Assembly: GCF_009914755.1 (NCBI RefSeq)
Contig: NC_060929.1
Length of the DNA stretch: 64,000 nucleotides
Direction: 5' to 3' (one strand)
Source of the DNA: the human T2T-CHM13v2.0 reference genome, Homo sapiens
Positions 40,801 through 52,821 of the stretch are shown piece by piece. Under the pieces are notes generated by a model. It searched no databases and was not told the DNA's origin. It was given only the letters and a program-made list of their open reading frames with translations. Numbering within the stretch: position 1 is the first letter of the stretch; the number at the start of each line of letters is the position of its first letter. The position numbers were made by a program, and so were the translations under genes.

Positions 40801-43800
40801 GCCTTCGTTGGAAACGGGTTTTTTTCATGTAAGGCTAGACAGAAGAATTCTCAGTAACTTCCTTGTGTTGTGTGTATTCAACTCACAGAGTTGAACGATC
40901 CTTTACACAGAGCAGACTTGTAACACTCTTTTTGTGGAATTTGCAAGTGGAGATTTCAGCCGCTTTGAAGTCAAAGGTAGAAAAGGAAATATCTTCCTAT
41001 AAAAACTAGACAGAATGATTCTCAGAAACTCCTTTGTGATGTGTGCGTTCAACTCACAGAGTTTAACCTTTCTTTTCATAGAGCAGTTAGGAAACACTCT
41101 GCTTGTAAAGTCTGCAAGTGGATATTCAGCCCTCTTTGAGGCCTTCGTTGGAAACGGGTTTTTTTCATATAAGGCTAGACAGAAGAATTCCCAGTAACTT
41201 CCTTGTGTTGTGTGTGTTCAACTCACAGAGTTGAACTTTGATTTACACAGAGCAGATTTGAAACACTCTTTTTGTGGAATTTGCAAGTGGAGATTTCAAG
41301 CGCTTTGAGGCCAAAGGCAGAAAAGGAAATATCTTCGTATAAAAACTAGACAGAATCATTCTCAGAAACTGCTCTGCGATGTGTGCGTTCAACTCTCAGA
41401 GTTTAACTTTTCTTTTCATTCAGCAGTTTGGAAACACTCTGTTTGTAAAGTCTGCACGTGGATATTTTGACCACTTAGAGGCCTTCGTTGGAAACGGGTT
41501 TTTTTCCTGTAAGGCTAGACAGAAGAATTCCCAGTAACTTCCTTGTGTTGTGTACATTCCACTCACAGAGTTGAACGTTCCCTTAGACAGAGCAGATTTG
41601 AAACACTCTTTTTGTGCAATTGGCAAGTGGAGATTTCAAGCGCTTTAAGGTCAATGGCAGAAAAGGAAATATCTTCGTTTCAAAACTAGACAGAATCATT
41701 CCCAAAAACTGCGTTATGATGTGTTCGTTCATCTCACAGAGTTTAACCTTTCTTTTCATAGAGCAGTTAGGAAACAGTCTGTTTGTAAATTCTGTAAGTG
41801 GATATTCTGACATCTTGTGGCCTTCGTTGGAAACGGGATTTCTTCATATTCTGCTAGACAGAAGAATTCTCAGAATCTTCCTTGTGTTGTGTGTATTCAA
41901 CTCACAGAGTTGAACGATGGTTTACACAGAGCAGATTTGAAACACTCTTTTTGTGGAATTTGCAAGTGGAGATTTCAGCCGCTTTGAGGTCAATGGTAGA
42001 AAAGGAAATATCTTCGTATAAAAACTAGACAGAATGATTCTCAGAAACTTCTTTGTGATGTGTGCGTTCAACTCACAGAGTTTAACCTTTCTTTTCATAG
42101 AGTAGTTAGGAAACACTCTGTTTGTAAACTCTGCAAGTGGATATTCAGACCTCTTTGAGGCCTTCGTTGGAAACGGGATTTCTTCATACTGTGCTAGACA
42201 GAAGAATTCTCAGTAACTTCCTTGTGTTGTGTGTATTCAACTCACAGAGTTGACCGATCCTTTACACAGAGCAGACTTGTAACACTCTTTTTGTGGAATT
42301 TGCAAGTGGAGATTTCAGCCGCTTTGAAGTCAAAGGTAGAAAAGGGAATATCTTCCTATAAAAACTAGACAGAATGATTCTCAGAAACTCCTTTGTGATG
42401 TGTGCGTTCAACTCACAGAGTTTAACCTTTCTTTTCATAGAGCAGTTAGGAAACACTCTGTTTCTAAAGTCTGCAAGTGGATATTCAGACCTCTTTGAGG
42501 CCTTCGTTGGAAACGGGTTTTTTTCATATAAGGCTAGACAGAAGAATTCCCAGTAACTTCCTTGTGTTGTGTGTGTTCAACTCACAGAGTTGAACTTTCA
42601 TTTACACAGAGCAGATTTGAAACACTCTTTTTGTGGAATTTGCAAGTGGAGATTTCAAGCGCTGTGAGGCCAAAGGCAGAAAAGGAAATATCTTCGTATA
42701 AAAACTAGACAGAATCATTCTCAGAAACTGCTCTGCGATGTGTGCGTTCAACTCTCAGAGTTTAACTTTTCTTTTCATTCAGCAGTTTGGAAACACTCTG
42801 TTTGTAAAGTCTGCACGTGGATAATTTGACCACTTAGAGGCCTTCGTTGGAAACGGGTTTTTTTCATGTAAGGCTAGACAGAAGAGTTCTCAGTAACTTC
42901 CTTGTGTTGTGTGTATTCAACTCACACAGTTGAACGATCCTTTACACAGAGCAGACTTGTAACACTCTTTTTGTGGAATTTGCAAGTGGAGATTTCAGCC
43001 GCTTTGAAGTCAAAGTAGAAAAGGAAATATCTTCCTATAAAAACTAGACAGAATGATTCTCAGAAACTCCTTTGTGATGTGTGCGTTCAACTCACAGAGT
43101 TTAACCTTTCTTTTCATAGAGCAGTTAGGAAACACTCTGTTTCTAAAGTCTGCAAGTGGATATTCAGACCTCTTTGAGGCCTTCGTTGGAAACGGGTTTT
43201 TTTCATATAAGGCTAGACAGAAGAATTCCCAGTAACTTCCTTGTGTTGTGTGTGTTCAACTCACAGAGTTGAACTTTCATTTACACAGAGCAGATTTGAA
43301 ACACTCTTTTTGTGGAATTTGCAGGTGGAGATTTCAAGCGCTTTGAGGCCAAAGGCAGAAAAGGAAATATCTTCGTATAAAAACTAGACAGAATCATTCT
43401 CAGAAACTGCTCTGCGATGTGTGCGTTCAACTCTCAGAGTTTAACTTTTCTTTTCATTCAGCAGTTTGGAAACACTGTGTAAAGTCTGCACGTGGATAAT
43501 TTGACCACTTAGAGGCCTTCGTTGGAAACGGGTTTTTTTCATGTAAGGCTAGACAGAAGAATTCTCAGTAACTTCCTTGTGTTGTGTGTATTCAACTCAC
43601 AGAGTTGAACGATCCTTTACACAGAGCAGACTTGTAACACTCTTTTTGTGGAATTTGCAAGTGGAGATTTCAGCCGCTTTGAAGTCAAAGGTAGAAAAGG
43701 AAATATCTTCCTATAAAAACTAGACAGAATGATTCTCAGAAACTCCTTTGTGATGTGTGCGTTCAACTCACAGAGTTTAACCTTTCTTTTCATAGAGCAG

Positions 43801-44327
43801 TTAGGAAACACTCTGCTTGTAAAGTCTGCAAGTGGATATTCAGCCCTCTTTGAGGCCTTCGTTGGAAACGGGTTTTTTTCATATAAGGCTAGACAGAAGA
43901 ATTCCCAGTAACTTCCTTGTGTTGTGTGTGTTCAACTCACAGAGTTGAACTTTGATTTACACAGAGCAGATTTGAAACACTCTTTTTGTGGAATTTGCAA
44001 GTGGAGATTTCAAGCGCTTTGAGGCCAAAGGCAGAAAAGGAAATATCTTCGTATAAAAACTAGACAGAATCATTCTCAGAAACTGCTCTGCGATGTGTGC
44101 GTTCAACTCTCAGAGTTTAACTTTTCTTTTCATTCAGCAGTTTGGAAACACTCTGTTTGTAAAGTCTGCACGTGGATATTTTGACCACTTAGAGGCCTTC
44201 GTTGGAAACGGGTTTTTTTCCTGTAAGGCTAGACAGAAGAATTCCCAGTAACTTCCTTGTGTTGTGTACATTCAACTCACAGAGTTGAACGTTCCCTTAG
44301 ACAGAGCAGATTTGAAACACTCTTTTT
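34822..44327 (+). repeat. Alternating 12-mer / 16-mer / 12-mer / 16-mer HORs; both 16-mers carry a net 4-bp deletion
   Basis: Markers at 34822, 36861, 39575, 41614 and 44328, with spacings 2039, 2714, 2039 and 2714 bp. Confidence 0.9.
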
Positions 44328-46705
44328 GTGCAATTGGCAAGTGGAGATTTCAAGCGCTTTAAGGTCAATGGCAGAAAAGGAAATATCTTCGTTTCAAAAC
44401 TAGACAGAATCATTCCCACAAACTGCGTTGTGATGTGTTCGTTCATCTCACAGAGTTTAACCTTTCTTTTCATAGAGCAGTTAGGAAACACTCTGTTTGT
44501 AAATTCTGTAAGTGGATATTCTGACATCTTGTGGCCTTCGTTGGAAACGGGATTTCTTCATATTCTGCTAGACAGAAGAATTCTCAGAATCTTCCTTGTG
44601 TTGTGTGTATTCAACTCACAGAGTTGAACGATGGTTTACACAGAGCAGATTTGAAACACTCTTTTTGGGGAATTTGCAAGTGGAGATTTCAGCCGCTTTG
44701 AAGTCAATGGTAGAAAAGGAAATATCTTCGTATAAAAACTAGACAGAATGATTCTCAGAAACTTCTTTGTGATGTGTGCGTTCAACTCACAGAGTTTAAC
44801 CTTTCTTTTCATAGAGCAGTTAGGAAACACTCTGTTTGTAAACTCTGCAAGTGGATATTCAGACCTCTTTGAGGCCTTCGTTGGAAACGGGATTTCTTCA
44901 TACTGTGCTAGACAGAAGAATTCTCAGTAACTTCCTTGTGTTGTGTGTATTCAACTCACAGAGTTGAACGATCCTTTACACAGAGCAGACTTGAAACACT
45001 CTTTTTGTGGAATTTGCAAGTGGAGATTTCAGCCGCGTTGAGGTCAATGGTAGAAAAGGAAATATCTTCGTATAAAAACTAGACAGAATGATTCTCAGAA
45101 ACTCCTTTGAGATGTGTGTGTTCAACTCACAGAGTTTAACCTTTCTTTTCATAGAGCAGTTAGGAATCACTCTGTTTGTAAAGTCTGCAAGTGGATATTC
45201 AGACCTCTTTGAGGCCTTCGTTGGAAACGGGTTTTTTTCATATAAGGCTAGACAGAAGAATTCCCAGTAACTTCCTTGTGTTGTGTGTGTTCAACTCACA
45301 GAGTTGAACTTTCATTTACACAGAGCAGATTTGAAACACTCTTTTTGTGGAATTTGCAAGTGGAGATTTCAAGCGCTTTGAGGCCAAAGGCAGAAAAGGA
45401 AATATCTTCGTATAAAAACTAGACAGAATCATTCTCAGAAACTGCTCTGTGATGTGTGCGTTCAACTCTCAGAGTTTAACTTTTCTTTTCATTCAGCAGT
45501 TTGGAAACACTCTGTTTGTAAAGTCTGCACGTGGATAATTTGACCACTTAGAGGCCTTCGTTGGAAACGGGTTTTTTTCATGTAAGGCTAGACAGAAGAG
45601 TTCTCAGTAACTTCCTTGTGTTGTGTGTATTCAACTCACACAGTTGAACGGTCCTTTACACAGAGCAGACTTGTAACACTCTTTTTGTGGAATTTGCAAG
45701 TGGAGATTTCAGCCGCTTTGAAGTCAAAGTAGAAAAGGAAATATCTTCCTATAAAAACTAGACAGAATGATTCTCAGAAACTCCTTTGTGATGTGTGCGT
45801 TCAACTCACAGAGTTTAACCTTTCTTTTCATAGAGCAGTTAGGAAACACTCTGTTTGTAAAGTCTGCAAGTGGATATTCAGACCTCTTTGAGGCCTTCGT
45901 TGGAAACGGGTTTTTTTCATATAAGGCTAGACAGAAGAATTCCCAGTAACTTCCTTGTGTTGTGTGTGTTCAACTCACAGAGTTGAACTTTCATTTACAC
46001 AGAGCAGATTTGAAACACTCTTTTTGTGGAATTTGCAAGTGGAGATTTCAGCCGCTTTGAAGTCAAAGGTAGAAAAGGAAATATCTTCCTATAAAAACTA
46101 GACAGAATGATTCTCAGAAACTCCTTTGTGATGTGTGCGTTCAACTCACAGAGTTTAACCTTTCTTTTCATAGAGCAGTTAGGAAACACTCTGCTTGTAA
46201 AGTCTGCAAGTGGATATTCAGCCCTCTTTGAGGCCTTCGTTGGAAACGGGTTTTTTTCATATAAGGCTAGACAGAAGAATTCCCAGTAACTTCCTTGTGT
46301 TGTGTGTGTTCAACTCACAGAGTTGAACTTTGATTTACACAGAGCAGATTTGAAACACTCTTTTTGTGGAATTTGCAAGTGGAGATTTCAAGCGCTTTGA
46401 GGCCAAAGGCAGAAAAGGAAATATCTTCGTATAAAAACTAGACAGAATCATTCTCAGAAACTGCTCTGCGATGTGTGCGTTCAACTCTCAGAGTTTAACT
46501 TTTCTTTTCATTCAGCAGTTTGGAAACACTCTGTTTGTAAAGTCTGCACGTGGATATTTTGACCACTTAGAGGCCTTCGTTGGAAACGGGTTTTTTTCCT
46601 GTAAGGCTAGACAGAAGAATTCCCAGTAACTTCCTTGTGTTGTGTACATTCAACTCACAGAGTTGAACGTTCCCTTAGACAGAGCAGATTTGAAACACTC
46701 TTTTT
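44328..46705 (+). repeat. 14-mer HOR variant (one dimer lost via a hybrid monomer)
   Basis: Marker spacing 2378 bp (14 monomers); hybrid junction at ~46015-46050. Confidence 0.88.
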
Positions 46706-49700
46706 GTGCAATTGGCAAGTGGAGATTTCAAGCGCTTTAAGGTCAATGGCAGAAAAGGAAATATCTTCGTTTCAAAACTAGAGAGAATCATTCCCAAAAA
46801 CTGCGTTGTGATGTGTTCGTTCATCTCACAGAGTTTAACCTTTCTTTTCATAGAGCAGTTAGGAAACAGTCTGTTTGTAAATTCTGTAAGTGGATATTCT
46901 GACATCTTGTGGCCTTCGTTGGAAACGGGATTTCTTCATATTCTGCTAGACAGAAGAATTCTCAGAATCTTCCTTGTGTTGTGTGTATTCAACTCACAGA
47001 GTTGAACGATGGTTTACACAGAGCAGATTTGAAACACTCTTTTTGTGGAATTTGCAAGTGGAGATTTCAGCCGCTTTGAGGTCAATGGTAGAAAAGGAAA
47101 TATCTTCGTATAAAAACTAGACAGAATGATTCTCAGAAACTTCTTTGTGATGTGTGCGTTCAACTCACAGAGTTTAACCTTTCTTTTCATAGAGCAGTTA
47201 GGAAACACTCTGTTTGTAAACTCTGCAAGTGGATATTCAGACCTCTTTGAGGCCTTCGTTGGAAACGGGATTTCTTCATACTGTGCTAGACAGAAGAATT
47301 CTCAGTAACTTCCTTGTGTTGTGTGTATTCAACTCACAGAGTTGACCGATCCTTTACACAGAGCAGACTTGTAACACTCTTTTTGTGGAATTTGCAAGTG
47401 GAGATTTCAGCCGCTTTGAAGTCAAAGGTAGAAAAGGGAATATCTTCCTATAAAAACTAGACAGAATGATTCTCAGAAACTCCTTTGTGATGTGTGCGTT
47501 CAACTCACAGAGTTTAACCTTTCTTTTCATAGAGCAGTTAGGAAACACTCTGTTTCTAAAGTCTGCAAGTGGATATTCAGACCTCTTTGAGGCCTTCGTT
47601 GGAAACGGGTTTTTTTCATATAAGGCTAGAGAGAAGAATTCCCAGTAACTTCCTTGTGTTGTGTGTGTTCAACTCACAGAGTTGAACTTTCATTTACACA
47701 GAGCAGATTTGAAACACTCTTTTTGTGGAATTTGCAAGTGGAGATTTCAAGCGCTGTGAGGCCAAAGGCAGAAAAGGAAATATCTTCGTATAAAAACTAG
47801 ACAGAATCATTCTCAGAAACTGCTCTGCGATGTGTGCGTTCAACTCTCAGAGTTTAACTTTTCTTTTCATTCAGCAGTTTGGAAACACTCTGTTTGTAAA
47901 GTCTGCACGTGGATAATTTGACCACTTAGAGGCCTTCGTTGGAAACGGGTTTTTTTCATGTAAGGCTAGACAGAAGAATTCTCAGTAACTTCCTTGTGTT
48001 GTGTGTATTCAACTCACAGAGTTGAACGATCCTTTACACAGAGCAGACTTGTAACACTCTTTTTGTGGAATTTGCAAGTGGAGATTTCAGCCGCTTTGAA
48101 GTCAAAGGTAGAAAAGGAAATATCTTCCTATAAAAACTAGACAGATAGATTCTCAGAAACTCCTTTGTGATGTGTGCGTTCAACTCACAGAGTTTAACCT
48201 TTCTTTTCATAGAGCAGTTAGGAAACACTCTGTTTGTAAAGTCTGCAAGTGGATATTCAGACCTCTTTGAGGCCTTCGTTGGAAACGGGTTTTTTTCATA
48301 TAAGGCTAGACAGAAGAATTCCCAGTAACTTCCTTGTGTTGTGTGTGTTCAACTCACAGAGTTGAACTTTCATTTACACAGAGCAGATTTGAAACACTCT
48401 TTTTGTGGAATTTGCAAGTGGAGATTTCAAGCGCTTTGAGGCCAAAGGCAGAAAAGGAAATATCTTCGTATAAAAACTAGACAGAATCATTCTCAGAGAC
48501 TGCTCTGTGATGTGTGCGTTCAACTCTCAGAGTTTAACTTTTCTTTTCATTCAGCAGTTTGGAAACACTCTGTTTGTAAAGTCTGCACGTGGATAATTTG
48601 ACCACTTAGAGGCCTTCGTTGGAAACGGGTTTTTTTCATGTAAGGCTAGACAGAAGAGTTCTCAGTAACTTCCTTGTGTTGTGTGTATTCAACTCACACA
48701 GTTGAACGATCCTTTACAGAGAGCAGACTTGTAACACTCTTTTTGTGGAATTTGCAAGTGGAGATTTCAGCCGCTTTGAAGTCAAAGTAGAAAAGGAAAT
48801 ATCTTCCTATAAAAACAAGACAGAATGATTCTCAGAAACTCCTTTGTGATGTGTGCGTTCAACTCACAGAGTTTAACCTTTCTTTTCATAGAGCAGTTAG
48901 GAAACACTCTGTTTGTAAAGTCTGCAAGTGGATATTCAGACCTCTTTGAGGCCTTCGTTGGAAACGGGTTTTTTTCATATAAGGCTAGACAGAAGAATTC
49001 CCAGTAACTTCCTTGTGTTGTGTGTGTTCAACTCACAGAGTTGAACTTTCATTTACACAGAGCAGATTTGAAACACTCTTTTTGTGGAATTTGCAGGTGG
49101 AGATTTCAAGCGCTTTGAGGCCAAAGGCAGAAAAGGAAATATCTTCGTATAAAAACTAGACAGAATCATTCTCAGAAACTGCTCTGCGATGTGTGCGTTC
49201 AACTCTCAGAGTTTAACTTTTCTTTTCATTCAGCAGTTTGGAAACACTCTGTTTGTAAAGTCTGCACGTGGATAATTTGACCACTTAGAGGCCTTCGTTG
49301 GAAACGGGTTTTTTTCATGTAAGGCTAGACAGAAGAATTCTCAGTAACTTCCTTGTGTTGTGTGTATTCAACTCACAGAGTTGAACGATCCTTTACATAG
49401 AGCAGACTTGTAACACTCTTTTTGTGGAATTTGCAAGTGGAGATTTCAGCCGCTTTGAAGTCAAAGGTAGAAAAGGAAATATCTTCCTATAAAAACTAGA
49501 CAGAATGATTCTCAGAAACTCCTTTGTGATGTGTGCGTTCAACTCACAGAGTTTAACCTTTCTTTTCATAGAGCAGTTAGGAAACACTCTGCTTGTAAAG
49601 TCTGCAAGTGGATATTCAGCCCTCTTTGAGGCCTTCGTTGGAAACGGGTTTTTTTCATATAAGGCTAGACAGAAGAATTCCCAGTAACTTCCTTGTGTTG

Positions 49701-50103
49701 TGTGTGTTCAACTCAGAGAGTTGAACTTTCATTTACACAGAGCAGATTTGAAACACTCTTTTTGTGGAATTTGCAAGTGGAGATTTCAAGCGCTTTGAGG
49801 CCAAAGGCAGAAAAGGAAATATCTTCGTATAAAAACTAGACAGAATCATTCTCAGAAACTTCTCTGCGATGTGTGCGTTCAACTCTCAGAGTTTAACTTT
49901 TCTTTTCGTTCAGCAGTTTGGAAACACTCTGTTTGTAAAGTCTGCACGTGGATATTTTGACCACTTAGAGGCCTTCGTTGGAAACGGGTTTTTTTCCTGT
50001 AAGGCTAGACAGAAGAATTCCCAGTAACTTCCTTGTGTTGTGTACATTCAACTCACAGAGTTGAACGTTCCCTTAGACAGAGCAGATTTGAAACACTCTT
50101 TTT
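46706..50103 (+). repeat. 20-mer HOR, lineage A
   Basis: Marker spacing 3398 bp. Confidence 0.9.
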
Positions 50104-52821
50104 GTGCAATTGGCAAGTGGAGATTTCAAGCGCTTTGAGGTCAATGGCAGAAAAGGAAATATCTTCGTTTCAAAACTAGACAGAATCATTCCCACAAACT
50201 GCGTTGTGATGTGTTCGTTCAACTCACAGAGTTTAACCTTTCTTTTCATAGAGCAGTTAGGAAACAGTCTGTTTGAAAATTCTGTAAGTGGATATTCTGA
50301 CATCTTGTGGCCTTCGTTGGAAACGGGATTTCTTCATATTCTGCTAGACAGAAGAATTCTCAGAATCTTCCTTGTGTTGTGTGTATTCAACTCACAGAGT
50401 TGAACGATGGTTTACACAGAGCAGATTTGAAACACTCATTTGGTGGAATTTGCAAGTGGAGATTTCAGCCGCTTTGAGGTCAATGGTAGAAAAGGAAATA
50501 TCTTCGTATAACAACTAGACAGAATGATTCTCAGAAACTTCTTTGTGATGTGTGTGTTCAACTCACAGAGTTTAACCTTTCTTTTCATAGAGCAGTTAGG
50601 AAACACTGTGTTTTTAAACTCTGCAAGTGGATATTCAGACCTCTTTGAGGCCTTCGTTGGAAACGGGTTTCTTCATACTGTGCTAGACAGAAGAATTCTC
50701 AGTAACTTCCTTGTGTTGTGTGTATTCAACTCACAGAGTTGAACGATCCTTTACACAGAGCAGACTTGAAACACTCTTTTTGTGGAATTTGCAAGTGGAG
50801 ATTTCAGCCGCGTTGAGGTCAATGGTAGAAAAGGAAATATCTTCGTATAAAAACTAGACAGAATGATTCTCAGAAACTCCTTTGTGATGTGTGTGTTCAA
50901 CTCACAGAGTTTAACATTTCTTTTCATAGAGCAGTTAGGAAACACTCTGTTTGTAAAGTCTGCAAGTGGATATTCAGACCTCTTTGAGGCCTTCGTTGGA
51001 AACGGGTTTTTTTCATATAAGGCTAGACAGAAGAATTCCCAGTAACTTCCTTGTGTTGTGTGTGTTCAACTCACAGAGTTGAACTTTCATTTACACAGAG
51101 CAGATTTGAAACACTCTTTTTGTGGAATTTGCAAATGGAGATTTCAAGCGCTTTGAGGCCAAAGGCAGAAAAGGAAATATCTTCGTAGAAAAACTAGACA
51201 GAATCATTCTCAGAAACTGCTCTGCGATGTGTGCGTTCAACTCTCAGAGTTTAACTTCTCTTTTCATTCAGCAGTTTGGAAACACTCTGTTTGTAAAGTC
51301 TGCACGTGGATAATTTGACCACTTAGAGGCCTTCGTTGGAAACGGGTTTTTTTCATGTAAGGCTAGACAGAAGAATTCTCAGTAACTTCCTTGTGTTGTG
51401 TGTATTCAACTCACAGAGTTGAACGATCCTTTACACAGAGCAGACTTGTAACACTCTTTTTGTGGAATTTGCAAGTGGAGATTTCAGCCGCTTTGAAGTC
51501 AAAGGTAGAAAAGGAAATATCTTCCTATAAAAACTAGACAGAATGATTCTCAGAAACTCCTTTGTGATGTGTACGTTCAACTCACAGAGTTTAACCTTTG
51601 TTTTCATAGAGCAGTTAGGAAACACTCTGTTTGTAAAGTCTGCAAGTGGATATTCAGACCTCTTTGAGGCCTTCGTTGGAAACGGGTTTTTTTCATATAA
51701 GGCTAGACAGAAGGATTCCCAGTAACTTCCTTGTGTTGTGTGTGTTCAACTCACAGAGTTGAACTTTCATTTACAAAGAGCAGATTTGAAACACTCTTTT
51801 AGTGGAATTTGCAATTGGAGATTTCAAGCGCTTTGAGGCCAAAGGCAGAAAAGGAAATATCTTCGTATAAAAACTAGACAGAATCATTCTCAGAAACTGC
51901 TCTGCGATGTGTGCGTTCAACTCTCAGAGTTTAACTTTTCTTTTCATTCAGCAGTTTGGAAACACTCTGTTTGTAAAGTCTGCACGTGGATAATTTGACC
52001 ACTTAGAGGCCTTCGTTGGAAACGGGTTTTTTTCATGTAAGGCTAGACAGAAGAATTCTCAGTAACTTCCTTGTGTTGTGTGTATTCAACTCACAGAGTT
52101 GAACGATCCTTTACACAGAGCAGACTTGTAACACTCTTTTTGTGGAATTTGCAAGTGGAGATTACAGCCGCTTTGAAGTCAAAGGTAGAAAAGGAAATAT
52201 CTTCCTATAAAAACTAGACAGAATGATTCTCAGAAACTCCTTTGTGATGTGTGCGTTCAACTCACAGAGTTTAACCTTTCTTTTCATAGAGCAGTTAGGA
52301 AACACTCTGCTTGTAAAGTCTACAAGTGGATATTCAGCCCTCTTTGAGGCCTTCGTTGGAAACGGGTTTTTTTCATATAAGGCTAGACAGAAGAATTCCC
52401 AGTAACTTCCTTGTGTTGTGTGTGTTCAACTCACAGAGTTGAACTTTCATTTACACAGAGCAGATTTGAAACACTCTTTTTGTGGAATTTGCAAGTGGAG
52501 ATTTCAAGCGCTTTGAGGCCAAAGGCAGAAAAGGAAATATCTTCGTATAAAAACTAGACAGAATCATTCTCAGAAACTGCTCTGCGATGTGTGCGTTCAA
52601 CTCTCAGAGTTTAACTTTTCTTTTCATTCAGCAGTTTGGAAACACTCTGTTTGTAAAGTCTGCACGTGGATATTTTGACCACTTAGAGGCCTTCGTTGGA
52701 AACGGGTTTTTTTCCTGTAAGGCTAGACAGAAGAATTCCCAGTAACTTCCTTGTGTTGTGTACATTCAACTCACAGAGTTGAACGTTCCCTTAGACAGAG
52801 CAGATTTGAAACACTCTTTTT
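50104..52821 (+). repeat. 16-mer HOR, lineage B
   Basis: Marker spacing 2718 bp. Confidence 0.9.

Noticed and set aside
28706-52821. Exact 18,000-bp offset between the 20+16 blocks at 28706 and 46706, which might suggest an artificial construct or assembly artefact
   Set aside because: 18,000 bp equals 106 monomers at ~169.8 bp, and the blocks differ at many variants (e.g. 30107 vs 48107, 30146 vs 48146). The round number is most likely coincidental.
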